The notes under the pieces: model-generated
Database searches by the model: none
What the model was told of the DNA's origin: nothing
What the model saw: only the letters and a program-made list of their open reading frames with translations
In this document: one piece after another, positions 39,165 to 48,779 of the stretch
Numbering within the stretch: the stretch's first letter is position 1
Layout: the number at the start of each line of letters is the position of its first letter
Assembly (NCBI GenBank): GCA_040901675.1
Contig: JBBDYJ010000006.1
Location: 93,288-157,287 of the forward strand
Direction of reading: 5' to 3'
Source of the DNA: Pirellulales bacterium
GTDB taxonomy: Bacteria > Planctomycetota > Planctomycetia > Pirellulales > JAICIG01
DNA length: 64,000 nucleotides
Position numbers and translations under genes: made by a program

Positions 39165-39599
39165 GTGACTCAGACCGATCAAGCCGGTTCAGTTCGGTTT
39201 ACGCGCCGGCGGCGGCTGCTGATGGCCGCGCTGGGCGCCGGATGGATGGTGCCGTTGGTGGTCACGTTGTGGCTTGAGCCGAGCCCGACCGGGTTGGGAA
39301 CCCATCGGCAACTCGGATTGCCGCCTTGCACTTCAATTTGGCTGTTTGGAATTCGATGCCCCTCCTGCGGCATGACAACGTCCTGGGCCCATGCAGTCCG
39401 CGGCGATTGGTCCAGCGCCGTCGGGGCCAACGCAGCGGGTGCGCTGCTGGCCGCCTTGACGATGCTGGGCGGGCCCTGGTTGATGCTGTCGGCGGCCAGG
39501 GGCCGCTGGCTGCTGATTCGGCCGACCGAGCGCTTGCTGGCGGTGGGGGCCGTGATCGTGGCCGTGGTGACCCTGCTGGATTGGATACGCCGGCTCTGA
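39165..39599 (+). CDS. DUF2752 domain membrane protein
   Basis: GTHRQLGLPPC...GIRCPSCGMTTSWAH. Confidence 0.85.
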   Translation: MTQTDQAGSVRFTRRRRLLMAALGAGWMVPLVVTLWLEPSPTGLGTHRQLGLPPCTSIWLFGIRCPSCGMTTSWAHAVRGDWSSAVGANAAGALLAALTMLGGPWLMLSAARGRWLLIRPTERLLAVGAVIVAVVTLLDWIRRL

Positions 39600-39603
39600 G
39601 CAG

Positions 39604-39718
39604 GGGGCCGCGAGTCTTTCTTGGCGTGCTTCAGCCAGACTCCCGACCCCGGCCTCCTTTTTTGAGAAAAGACAGTTTTTGAGAAAAGACAGTGCCATTC
39701 ACTCCCGGACCTTTTTTT
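39604..39718. repeat. Palindromic REP-like element plus direct repeat tttttgagaaaagacag x2
   Basis: Imperfect stem ggggccgcgagtct/agactcccgacccc and a 17-bp tandem duplication at 39659-39692. Confidence 0.65.
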
Positions 39719-39727
39719 GAGGATGCG

Positions 39728-40387
39728 ATGAAACCCAACGGCTTGCGGCCGGTAAGGATGGTGGCGGCACTGCTGGTATGCGTGTCGCTGGCGGGGCAGG
39801 GGGGCTGCGTGAGCGCCCTGGCGACGGCGCTGTACGTGATCAAAGGGGCCAACGTGCCGGCGGCGTTCAACGGACTGAAGGACCAGCGGGTGGCGGTGGT
39901 CTGCCGTCCCGTGGCCGAGCTCGAATACAGCTCGACCAGCGCGGCGACCGACATCTCGGTAGCCGTGGGCCGGCTGCTGAAAAAGAACGTCCGGCACATC
40001 AAGCTGATCGACCCGGCCAAGATCGCCGACTGGACGGACGAGAACACATGGGACGACTACACCGAAATCGGCGAGGCGTTGGAGGCGGAGATGGTGCTGG
40101 GGATCGACCTGGAGGGCTTCGCGCTGCTGCAGGGGCAGACGCTGTACCAGGGGAAGGCCAAGGTGCTGATCACGGTGTACGACATGAAAAAGGGTGGGGA
40201 GATCGTTTACCAGAAGCCGCTGCCGCAGACGGTGTACCCACCGAACTCGTCGATTCCGACGCAGGACAAGCCGGAAGACGAGTTCCGGCGGCAGTTCGTG
40301 GCGGTGGTGGCCGACGAGATCGGCCGTCACTTTTACGCGCACGACGCGCATGCGGACTTTGCCAAGGACAGCATGGCGCTGAAGTAA
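39728..40387 (+). CDS. Hypothetical lipoprotein
   Basis: Signal peptide with GGC lipobox-like site and a GAGGA RBS. Confidence 0.75.
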   Translation: MKPNGLRPVRMVAALLVCVSLAGQGGCVSALATALYVIKGANVPAAFNGLKDQRVAVVCRPVAELEYSSTSAATDISVAVGRLLKKNVRHIKLIDPAKIADWTDENTWDDYTEIGEALEAEMVLGIDLEGFALLQGQTLYQGKAKVLITVYDMKKGGEIVYQKPLPQTVYPPNSSIPTQDKPEDEFRRQFVAVVADEIGRHFYAHDAHADFAKDSMALK

Positions 40388-40455
40388 GGGCAGGGCAGAT
40401 CGAGCGGGATAGGTTGCCTTCTACCGCGTCTGCCACGGTCTTCGCGATAAGCAAG

Positions 40456-40582
40456 AAAAGGGGATAAGTTCAATTTCGCTGAGCTAAAAAAATAAGTTCG
40501 GGGATAAGTCCACTTTCGCTGGTTAATTGGACTTATCCCCTTTTTTAATTGGACTTATCCCCTTTTTTTATCCCCTTTTTTT
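40456..40582. repeat. AT-rich inverted repeat cluster (ggggataagt.ca / taattggacttatcccc)
   Basis: Two forward, two reverse and one partial copy between convergent genes. Confidence 0.8.
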
Positions 40583-40609
40583 CTATCTTCCGCGGGGACG
40601 TCGTGCTGG

Positions 40610-41626
40610 CTACGCGAGGCGCGTGGAGAGCTCGTCGGCGACGGCCTGGGTGAAGGCGGTGGTGGAAAGGTCGCCGCCCAGATCGCGGGTGCGCTGACCT
40701 CGCTCGAGGACGGCGCGGGTGCTGACGTCGATCAGCGAGCCAAGCGCCGGCTCGCCCAGCTCGGCCAACAGCATCGAAAGGGCCAGGAAGATGGCGGTCG
40801 GGTTGGCCAGGTTCTTGTCGGCGATGTCCGGCGCGGTGCCGCCGGCCGGATCGAACATCGCCAACTGCACCTCGCCCCGCGCGTTGAACGAGAGGCTGGC
40901 GCTGGCGCCGATGCCCATCGAGCCGGCCAGGCCGCAGGCCATGTCGCTCAAGAAATCGCCGTACTCGTTCAAGACCAGGATCACGTTGAAACGCCCGGGA
41001 GCCATCACGATCTTGGCCAAGAGCGCGTCGAACAATTCCTCCTGGTGCACGACGTCCGCAAAGCCGGCCGCGACTTCGTCCACCACCGATTCGAACAGGC
41101 CGTCGGTGACCTTCTGGATGGTGTGCTTCGACGAGCTGGTCACCGTGGCGCCCAGCCTGCGGGCCAGCAGAAACGCGTAGTGGGCCGCCTCGCGGCAGGG
41201 CCGGCGCTCGACAATCCTTAGACTGACGGCAGCCTCGGTGCCGATCATGCGGCCGGGATCGTCGTAGGTGCCGCCGGTGGCCACGCGGATGATGTGCAGG
41301 TTCAGCTCACGGCGAAAGTTGGTGGGCACCCCGGGGATCGTGGCGACGGGGCGATGAATGACCGAGAAACCGCAGCGCTGGCGGAGGATGGCGTTGGGAC
41401 TTTCGTCGGCGGTAATCGTGGGATACTTGAGCGTGGAGCGGTTGCGGTGCATCGCCTCGGCGGCTTCGTCGTAGATTGCCGGGCCGCGGACCAGCCGGTT
41501 GGGAAGGCTGAGGTCGATCGACTCGAATTCGAGGCGGACAGGCAAGCGGGACGCAAGGGTGCGAACCGCGGCGGCCAACTCGACCGCGATGCCATCGCCC
41601 AGAAGTTCCGTAATGGTGTGGTTCAT
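40610..41626 (-). CDS. Isocitrate/isopropylmalate dehydrogenase family protein (divergent)
   Basis: LLGDGIAVE, TDGLF, NEYGDFLSD, GTAPDIADKNLANP and TRDLGG. Confidence 0.88.
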   Translation of the reverse strand: MNHTITELLGDGIAVELAAAVRTLASRLPVRLEFESIDLSLPNRLVRGPAIYDEAAEAMHRNRSTLKYPTITADESPNAILRQRCGFSVIHRPVATIPGVPTNFRRELNLHIIRVATGGTYDDPGRMIGTEAAVSLRIVERRPCREAAHYAFLLARRLGATVTSSSKHTIQKVTDGLFESVVDEVAAGFADVVHQEELFDALLAKIVMAPGRFNVILVLNEYGDFLSDMACGLAGSMGIGASASLSFNARGEVQLAMFDPAGGTAPDIADKNLANPTAIFLALSMLLAELGEPALGSLIDVSTRAVLERGQRTRDLGGDLSTTAFTQAVADELSTRLA

Positions 41627-41671
41627 GGGGTGATGCTCGACATGTTACCGCCTGGGGGCGGGCGGGCAAGC

Positions 41672-41698
41672 TGCTGGGCAAGCCAGCAGTGGCACCCG
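41672..41698. repeat. REP-like hairpin ctgctgggcaagccagcagtggcaccc (second copy near 43756)
   Basis: Stem ctgctgg/ccagcag. Copies flank cstA on both sides. Confidence 0.75.
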
Positions 41699-41830
41699 AC
41701 GGGAAAGCCTCCTTGATTGGCGGAACATGGATCCCCTGTCCCCTGTCGCTTCAACACGGTAAGGTACTGTTGGGGGGTGGGTTGACACGTCTGGACCGAA
41801 GGGCTTTTCAGACGGCGGAGAACAATACCG

Positions 41831-43597
41831 ATGGACCTGTTGGCGATCACGGTGGGGTCCGGCCTGGTTCTGCTGGCGGCCTACTGGACCTATGGCCGCT
41901 GGCTGGCCAACAAGCTGGAGCTGCGGCGTGAAACACCCACGCCGGCCTGGGAGTTCAACGACGGTCAGGATTTCGTCCCCACGCCGGCGCCGTACCTGTT
42001 CTCGCAGCACTTCTCGGCGATCGCGGCGGCGGGGCCGATCGTGGGACCGATCGTGGCCGGGCTCTGGTTCGGCTGGCTGCCGGCCTTGATCTGGATTGTG
42101 GTGGGGAGCATTCTGGTTGGCGGCGTGCACGACATCACGTCGCTGGTGGCCAGCGTCAGGCACCGGGCGCGTTCGATCGCGGAGATCGTGCGCGAGCACA
42201 TGAGCCGGCGGGCGTACCTGTTGTTCCTGTCGTTCGTGTGGATTGCGCTGGTGTACATCGTGGTGGCGTTCACCGACATCACCGCCAGCACGTTCGCGCC
42301 GACGCCCAGGGCGAGCGATAGTCCTCGCCAGGCCGCCGAGGCGGTGCGGACCGGGGCGGCCGTGGCGAGCTCGTCGATGATGTACCTGCTGTTGGCGGTG
42401 GCGATGGGGCTGGCGCTGCGATACACGCGGTTGTCGTTGAAATGGGCGACGGCGATCTTCATGCCGCTGGTGCTGGTATCGATTTGGGCGGGACAGCACC
42501 TGCCGCTGGCGATTCCCGAGTGGCTCTGGTTCAATGGCAGCGCGACCAAGACGTGGGACATCCTGCTGTTGGCTTACTGCGGGGTGGCGTCGGTCGTGCC
42601 GGTGTGGGCCTTGTTGCAGCCGCGAGGCTTTCTGGGGGGCTACTTCCTGTCGGCCACCGTGCTGTTGGCGTTTTTGGGAATGGTGGCCACCGCGCTGGCG
42701 GGCGATTCGCTGGCGGTGACGTACCCGGCCTTCAATGGTTGGCGAGTGGAGGACGCGGGCAAGGTTTACCTGCTGTTCCCGGTGCTGTTCATCACCATCG
42801 CCTGCGGCGCGTGCAGCGGGTTCCACGCGATGATCAGCTCGGGCACCTCGTCCAAGCAGCTCCGCCACGAAACGGACGCGCGGAGCATCGGATATGGGTC
42901 GATGCTGCTGGAGGCGTTTGTGGCCGTGATTTCGCTGTCGTGCGTGATGGTGATGGCCCGCGGGGCGGTCGGCTCTCCGGATCGGATCTTCGCCGAGGGG
43001 ATATCGCGGTTCATCGCCTTGCTGGCCCAAGGCTTTGCCATCGATTATGCAACGGCGAAGTTGTACCTGTACCAGTTCGCGTTGTTGGCCTTTGCCACGT
43101 TCATCTACGACACCCTCGACGTCTGCACCCGGCTGGGGCGGTACGTGCTGCAGGAGTTCACCGGCTGGCACGACCGCACCGGGCGATACGTGTGCACGGT
43201 GATGACGCTGGCACCCCCCTTGTACCTGGTGCTGCAAACCATCACCAGCCCGACCGGCGAGGCCGTGCCGGCATGGAAGCTTTTCTGGACGCTGTTCGGG
43301 ACCGCCAACCAGTTGCTGGCGGCGCTGACGCTGACGGGAGTCACCGTGTGGCTGCTGCGGACGGGCAAGACCTGGTGGTACACCGCCCTGCCGGCGCTGT
43401 TGATGATGGGGATCACCTTCACTTCGTTGGGCTTGATCCTCTGGGACTGGTACCGGGCCTTGGGGACGACGGAAACATTTGACATCAATGGTCCGATCAC
43501 CAGCGTACTGTTGGTGCTGGCGGTGATGTTGGTGGTGGAGGCGTTCGCCGTGATGTATCGCACACTGCGGGCGCGGGCGGTCGTGGGGGCAGCCTGA
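41831..43597 (+). CDS. cstA: Carbon starvation protein CstA (peptide/pyruvate transporter)
   Basis: [52 protein letters not shown] and [12 protein letters not shown]. Confidence 0.95.
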   Translation: MDLLAITVGSGLVLLAAYWTYGRWLANKLELRRETPTPAWEFNDGQDFVPTPAPYLFSQHFSAIAAAGPIVGPIVAGLWFGWLPALIWIVVGSILVGGVHDITSLVASVRHRARSIAEIVREHMSRRAYLLFLSFVWIALVYIVVAFTDITASTFAPTPRASDSPRQAAEAVRTGAAVASSSMMYLLLAVAMGLALRYTRLSLKWATAIFMPLVLVSIWAGQHLPLAIPEWLWFNGSATKTWDILLLAYCGVASVVPVWALLQPRGFLGGYFLSATVLLAFLGMVATALAGDSLAVTYPAFNGWRVEDAGKVYLLFPVLFITIACGACSGFHAMISSGTSSKQLRHETDARSIGYGSMLLEAFVAVISLSCVMVMARGAVGSPDRIFAEGISRFIALLAQGFAIDYATAKLYLYQFALLAFATFIYDTLDVCTRLGRYVLQEFTGWHDRTGRYVCTVMTLAPPLYLVLQTITSPTGEAVPAWKLFWTLFGTANQLLAALTLTGVTVWLLRTGKTWWYTALPALLMMGITFTSLGLILWDWYRALGTTETFDINGPITSVLLVLAVMLVVEAFAVMYRTLRARAVVGAA

Positions 43598-43732
43598 GGG
43601 CAGAGGGAGGAAGGCAGAAGGCAGAGGGCAGAAGGCAGAAGGCAGAGGGCAGAAGGCAGAGGGCAGAGGGCAGAAGGCAGAGGGCAGAGGGCAGAAGGCA
43701 GAGGGCAGAAGGCAGAGGGCAGAGGGCAGAAG
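43598..43732. repeat. Long heptamer tandem repeat (GGCAGAG/GGCAGAA)n, about 19 units
   Basis: Begins immediately after the cstA stop codon. Confidence 0.95.
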
Positions 43733-44083
43733 TCGGACGTTGTGGTGGGACAGCACTGCTGGGCAAGCCAGCAGGGGCACCCGAAGGGAGAGGAGCCTCG
43801 CCCACAACTTTCTTGTGCACGGTTGCGCGACAGGCGTTGCCTTGAAAGGGGGCAGGAAGGCAGGCATGACGGAAGCGCAAAGTCTTCTAGCGGACAAGTC
43901 TCTTTTTCCGCAAACCAGGCCTTTGTAACTGCTTTGGGCCACGCCCGTTTCCTTCCGAGGCCGCGTTACTCGGCGGCTGGCATGCCAATCGCTTAGTGGG
44001 GCACGGGTGCGGCTGTTCCAGTTCAGCCGCGAAGATTCGCGCGGTATGGATTCTGGCTACCGCCAAGCCAGAAGGACGCCCAT

Positions 44084-44119
44084 GACTTGGGTGGGTGACC
44101 TCGGTTGCCCACCCAAGTC
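44084..44119. terminator. Strong hairpin between convergent genes
   Basis: gacttgggtggg...cccacccaagtc, a 12-bp perfect stem about 20 nt past the stop of the large minus-strand gene. Confidence 0.5.
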
Positions 44120-44138
44120 GGGGTCGCCTTTCTGGTAG

Positions 44139-47100
44139 TTACTTGGCGGCGAGGGCGCGCTGGGGGGGTTCGCTCAGCAGCGTGGAGCCGATCAAGAGGC
44201 GCGGCGGATACCTGCCGCCGGCCTGGTCGCGGTCCCAGAGCTCAACCCACAACTGCCAGGAGACCGGCGCCGCGGCAAACACGAGTTGCTCACGGGCCGG
44301 TAGCCCATTTTCGGTGAATGCGGACTGGTTGCCATCCGCGGGCGGCCGCAGGTCGAAGAGCACGGGAGGCGACGCGCCGTCGGCCCGCCAGAGCAGCACC
44401 CCTTGCTCGACGACGTCGTAATCGACTCGGCTGCAATCGAGCACCGATTCGATCTGCTCGCGGACCAGTGCCACGCCGGCCATTTTGTACAGGCCGGTCA
44501 AGCAATCGGCGAAGGCTTGCGATTGTTCGGCCGCCAGTTCGTCGAGCCAGCCTGGCTCCAGGATGCGGGCCACCAGCCAGCCTGATTGCTCGTCGAAGGC
44601 CAGCCAGGTGGATGCATCGGGCCAGCGGGCCGAGCGCAGCTCGAAGCGGATGCGGTGGCTTGCGACCTCGACGCGTCCCAGCTTCAGGTCGAGCGGGTGC
44701 CAGCGGCGGCTCTGTTCCAAGAGGGTCACCGCCTCGCGCTGGATGAAGCGGGCGACCGCCTCGCGGACTTGATGGATGGCCCGGCGGTACTTGCGCGAGG
44801 CTTTCCAGTCGCCCGTCCACTGGGCCTTGCGATTGGCGCGCCTGAGGCGGGCGTAGAGCTTGGGCAGCAGCCCCGAGTGCAAGCCCGGGCGCAGCAGCCG
44901 GACCACGGTTTCACCGTGGTGGAAGACCGGGACCGGACCCAGCAGTTTGGGGCGGTTTGCCTGGTACAGTCGCCAGTTCTCCTTGAGCTCCCAGACGAGA
45001 AAGCCGAACACGCCGGGCAGAACCAGGGCAACCGTGGTGGCGATGGTAATGGCCTCGGCCTTGCCCAAAGGGGACAGGGCGGGCTCCAGATAGACGGCGC
45101 AAAGGGGGGCGATGATCTTGTGCGAGACGGTGACGACGGGAAAGTGCTTGACCGGGTTGACCTGAGGCTCGATCAAGAGATTGATGCAAAAGCGCAGCAG
45201 GTAGGTGACAAAGAACCAGATCAGCCCCAAAGCCGATTTGATCACCACGCTGGCGCGTCCCTGGCCGCTTCGGAAGCGGAGCCATTCGTCGACCGAGTAG
45301 AGGAGGCGGTCGAACGTGTCGACCACGCGGTTGAAGAAGTCGATGATGATGTGGACCAGCGCCGCCAGGATGCGGATGCGGAAATGGTCCCAACTGCGCA
45401 CGGCCCAATCGGTGATGACTTCCTCGGCGTTGCGTCCCAAGCGGGAATTAATCAAGAGGTTGACGACCAGAAACACCAACAGTCCGCCCCTGACGGCACT
45501 GGCGATATCTTTCTGGAGCGCCGGGAAGGCCAAGAGGGCCAGCGCCGTAAAGACCAATGGCTTGAACACGTAGCGGACCAGGATGCGGAAAGGCGGACTG
45601 TCGATGACCTGCCGCACCATCGGCTGCCGCAGGATCCAGGACGGCACGTCGACCGTGATGGCCCGCGTTATTCGAAACAGTTTGCGCATCGCCAGCGAGC
45701 AGACACGGCGGAAGCTTTTCACGTGTATCAGGCCCAGCAGCACGAAACCGACCAGCAAAGTGCCCAGCAGCATGGCCGCCGTCTCCCCCGGCCTGGGTCC
45801 GGAGGCGGGCGCGGAAAACTGAAACTCCCCCGTGCGGGCCAGCCGCACCAGCGGCCCCAGGATGTGCTTGAGTCCTTCGAGGGCCAGGTACGCGCCGCCG
45901 AAGGGAAGGGCGACATAGCGGACCAGCAAGCGGCCCGGGGCGGTGCCGAATGCCAGGGAGCTGAGCCGCTGGGGCCAGCGGAGGTAGACCTCGCCCCGGT
46001 GATACACGCCGTCGAGCGTGGTGGCCAGCGCCCGGTCGGCGCGGAGCAGGTGGTCGCCCCACAGAAACTCGCTGGCGCCTTGGAGGTCCGGCAGCTTGAG
46101 GTTGTTGCGCGAGATGGCGTCGCGCAGATCGCCCATCGTCAGAAAGCCGCGCTCGACCACTCGGTCCAGCAGCTCTTCGACGAGCTTGTGCTTGGCCACG
46201 CGCTCGGGCGGGTTGCCGGGAGTCAGGCCGGCCTGCTCCAAGGCCGCCGTCACCGTGGGGCGGAAGCGCTCGCGCAGCCTTTCCTCGGCGCGATGCCGGG
46301 CGCCTTCCAGAAGGGCGGCCAGGCGGCTGCGGTCGGCTTCGGGCAGGCGTGCCGCCGTCGCCCGTCGGGCGGCGCTGGCCAGATGTTTGGCCATCAGCAC
46401 TTCGCGCTGGCCCTGCAGCTTGCGCTTGATCGGCAGCCGGCCTCGGGTGAGGATCCATTCGACCACGTCGAGCGTATAGATGTCGCGCTCCGAATCGACG
46501 CACACCTTTTGCAGATCGTAGAGGATGCGGGACTCGCGGGTGAAAAAGCCCTGCACCGACCGCTTCAACAGCGCGGCCAGCGCGCGGGACCACCGCCGGG
46601 TCTGGGTCTCATTTAGATCCAAGGCGACGCGGAGGCGATCGGCAAGCCGGTTCAGCTCGTCGCGGGCCGCGGAGCGGGCCCGGCCCGCCAGGCTGGGCCG
46701 CACGTGCCGGGCCGAGCGGGCGCGGAGAATGGCGGCCCTGACGGCGTTGCCCTGCCGGGCGGCCCGCTGGGCCTGGCGGTTCATTCGGCGATAAAGGAGC
46801 TCGGATTGCCGGGAGGGGGCCAGGGCCAGGTCGTCCGCTTCGAAGTCGCCGGCGTGCTCTACCCTGGGCGGTTCGAGCGGCTGCACGGGATCGGGTGCCG
46901 CGGGCGGGCGCGTGCGCTGGAAAAGGTCGTTGGCATCGATGTCGGCGGCCAGGACCTCGTCGATCCGCCGCTCGTCGAGCAGCGACGAAAAGTAGAACGG
47001 CAGGAGCGAAGGGGCAAAAAACCGCAGCTCGAGCCAGACGGCGGCGAACTCGACGTACACCGAGGCCTGGTCCGCCGGGGGCAAGAGCAGGTCTTCCTGG

Positions 47101-47555
47101 CGGAGCACGGCGCGAACGTGGTCGAACTCGGCCTGGCCGATGCGGTGGATCCGCTCGCGGAGGGCCGCCGGCTCGAGGCGGGGCAGCGTGGCGGCCAAGT
47201 GGACGTGAACGCGTGCGTGGAACAAGAGCCGCCAATACTTGAGCAGGGCCTCTCCGGCGGTCATGGCGGCCAGCTTTTCCGCGGTGGGCCGGGCCAGCAG
47301 GATGACGGTGTCGGGGAGCTGCTGGCGGGCGGAGAGTCCCAGCTCGTCGGGGTCGGCGATTTGGAGGAGTGCCTTGGCGGAGATCACGTAGGTTTTGCGG
47401 TGGGGGACCTTGAGTCCCAGTCCGGCGATCTGGCGATCGTGCTTGATCACGCGGCGGAGGATTCTGGGGGGCGCGAGGATGGCGGAGCGATCGGCGGCGC
47501 GGATGGCCCGCTCCAGCTCGGCGATGGACAAGGGGAGATCGCTCGTGGCGTGCAT
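44139..47555 (-). CDS. Large hypothetical multi-pass membrane protein (~1138 aa)
   Basis: Long uninterrupted ORF with a soluble helical N-terminal half, several TM helices and conserved-looking LLIEPQVNPVKHFPVVTVSHK. Confidence 0.85.
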   Translation of the reverse strand: MHATSDLPLSIAELERAIRAADRSAILAPPRILRRVIKHDRQIAGLGLKVPHRKTYVISAKALLQIADPDELGLSARQQLPDTVILLARPTAEKLAAMTAGEALLKYWRLLFHARVHVHLAATLPRLEPAALRERIHRIGQAEFDHVRAVLRQEDLLLPPADQASVYVEFAAVWLELRFFAPSLLPFYFSSLLDERRIDEVLAADIDANDLFQRTRPPAAPDPVQPLEPPRVEHAGDFEADDLALAPSRQSELLYRRMNRQAQRAARQGNAVRAAILRARSARHVRPSLAGRARSAARDELNRLADRLRVALDLNETQTRRWSRALAALLKRSVQGFFTRESRILYDLQKVCVDSERDIYTLDVVEWILTRGRLPIKRKLQGQREVLMAKHLASAARRATAARLPEADRSRLAALLEGARHRAEERLRERFRPTVTAALEQAGLTPGNPPERVAKHKLVEELLDRVVERGFLTMGDLRDAISRNNLKLPDLQGASEFLWGDHLLRADRALATTLDGVYHRGEVYLRWPQRLSSLAFGTAPGRLLVRYVALPFGGAYLALEGLKHILGPLVRLARTGEFQFSAPASGPRPGETAAMLLGTLLVGFVLLGLIHVKSFRRVCSLAMRKLFRITRAITVDVPSWILRQPMVRQVIDSPPFRILVRYVFKPLVFTALALLAFPALQKDIASAVRGGLLVFLVVNLLINSRLGRNAEEVITDWAVRSWDHFRIRILAALVHIIIDFFNRVVDTFDRLLYSVDEWLRFRSGQGRASVVIKSALGLIWFFVTYLLRFCINLLIEPQVNPVKHFPVVTVSHKIIAPLCAVYLEPALSPLGKAEAITIATTVALVLPGVFGFLVWELKENWRLYQANRPKLLGPVPVFHHGETVVRLLRPGLHSGLLPKLYARLRRANRKAQWTGDWKASRKYRRAIHQVREAVARFIQREAVTLLEQSRRWHPLDLKLGRVEVASHRIRFELRSARWPDASTWLAFDEQSGWLVARILEPGWLDELAAEQSQAFADCLTGLYKMAGVALVREQIESVLDCSRVDYDVVEQGVLLWRADGASPPVLFDLRPPADGNQSAFTENGLPAREQLVFAAAPVSWQLWVELWDRDQAGGRYPPRLLIGSTLLSEPPQRALAAK

Positions 47556-47650
47556 ACAGAGAATTGTACGTGAGGTTTCCTGGTTTCCAAAAAGATAAGC
47601 CCCGCAATGACTTACGGGGCTTGGCTGTCCATTAGCCACGCTATATCCAA

Positions 47651-47922
47651 TTAGGCCGAGGCCGCTTTTCTCAGAAGCCTGTCCAGCCCATCGGCCGCCT
47701 CGGGCTGTATCGTGGGCAGGCAATGGCTGTGGTACTGCAGCGTCATGCGCCGTGCTGGCGCACTCCGTTTCGGCGTACCAGGCTCTGCAAGCGCGCCGGG
47801 CTCAGCTTCGCAAGCCCCCGCCCAGCCGCGGGTTGAGTGGTTCTTAATTGGCACTCCTCCCGCTTGCTCTTCGCGCAGGCGATGCGCCGGACGCACTTGG
47901 CGGCCGCGTTGTAGCCGACGAT
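47651..47922 (-). pseudogene. Eroded tyrosine integrase remnant
   Basis: Frame-broken pieces IVGYNAAAKCVRRIACAKSKREE, KNH.NPRLGG..AKLSPARLQSL.YAETE and MTLQYHSHCLPTIQPEAADGLDRLL resemble the arm-binding, SAM-like and C-terminal (TL.TYSHV.P.MQ.EAA) parts of phage integrases. The catalytic core is deleted. Confidence 0.6.
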
Positions 47923-48304
47923 TCGAGGAGGATCGAAAGGACAGCTCGACGCTTATCGAATCGCTACTTCGTGAGAAAGTTGAACAATGAGTACGGCAAT
48001 AGTCCATAATCAATTCTCCAGCACAGCAAGTAAACTGAGAGCGTTTCAAGAGTCCATCCACTCTCGATACGAGCCTCATCCTGTGGAAGAGCGCACAGAT
48101 ACCTCCGCGACATTGCGATTCGAGGTTGCCGGCTTTCAGCGCGCTGTAGGCCGCAGCCGTGATCACGCACGCTCTGCAATAGTAAGGAAGATCGTTACAT
48201 CAGAAAGTCCTGACGAGTACATTCAGACTGTAGTCCACACGTTGGTTTCAAGCACACGGCCTGGTCGGATTGGCTCGGTCGGTGGCCCGGCTGCTTGAGG
48301 CGGC

Positions 48305-48736
48305 CTATTCCTTGAGGACCAGGACCGGGCAGTGGGCCAGCCGCACGACGCGCTCGGCGACCGAGCCGATCAGGAGCCGCTTGAGTCCGGTGCGTCCGTG
48401 GGAGGGGAGCACGATCAGGGCGGCCCGGTGGTGGCGGGCGTATTCCGCGATTTCGTGGCCCGGATCGCCGAAGGCGATCGCCTTGTGGAGGTTGTTATAG
48501 CGGGCGTCGGACAACCGCTCGTCGAGGGCCTGCAGGGCGTGCCGCGCACGGCTTTCGTCGTCGACGGTGCCCCAAATGACCCCCGGCTCGGTGGCCTCGA
48601 GCACCGGCAGCACGTGGATCACGTGCACCCAACCCGCGTCGGGCGCCAGCTCGAGGGCCTCGTCCAGGGCGGCGAGCGACAAGTCGGAGAAGTCGACCGG
48701 AACGACCATGACCCGGTTCGAGAGCCATTTGATCAT
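48305..48736 (-). CDS. Universal stress protein
   Basis: VVPVDFS, GDPGHEI and LIVLPSHGRTGLKRLLIGSVAERVVR. Confidence 0.95.
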   Translation of the reverse strand: MIKWLSNRVMVVPVDFSDLSLAALDEALELAPDAGWVHVIHVLPVLEATEPGVIWGTVDDESRARHALQALDERLSDARYNNLHKAIAFGDPGHEIAEYARHHRAALIVLPSHGRTGLKRLLIGSVAERVVRLAHCPVLVLKE

Positions 48737-48779
48737 AGAGACCTCGGTGCAATGGGGCGGGTCGTGGAATGGTCAAGCG

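Noticed and set aside
40456..40582. Possible CRISPR array (also considered 22396-22555, 30634-30689 and 50643-50735)
   Set aside because: Only 2-4 units, mixed orientation, no regular unique spacers and no cas genes. These fit REP-like repeats better.
41645..43942. 765-aa minus-strand ORF with LPSAFC repeats
   Set aside because: Antisense to cstA. The repeats are just the translated GGCAGA(G/A) heptamer array.
47556..47650. tRNA or attachment-site tRNA fragment beside the integrase remnant
   Set aside because: No TTCGA(A)TCC T-loop or cloverleaf is recognisable.
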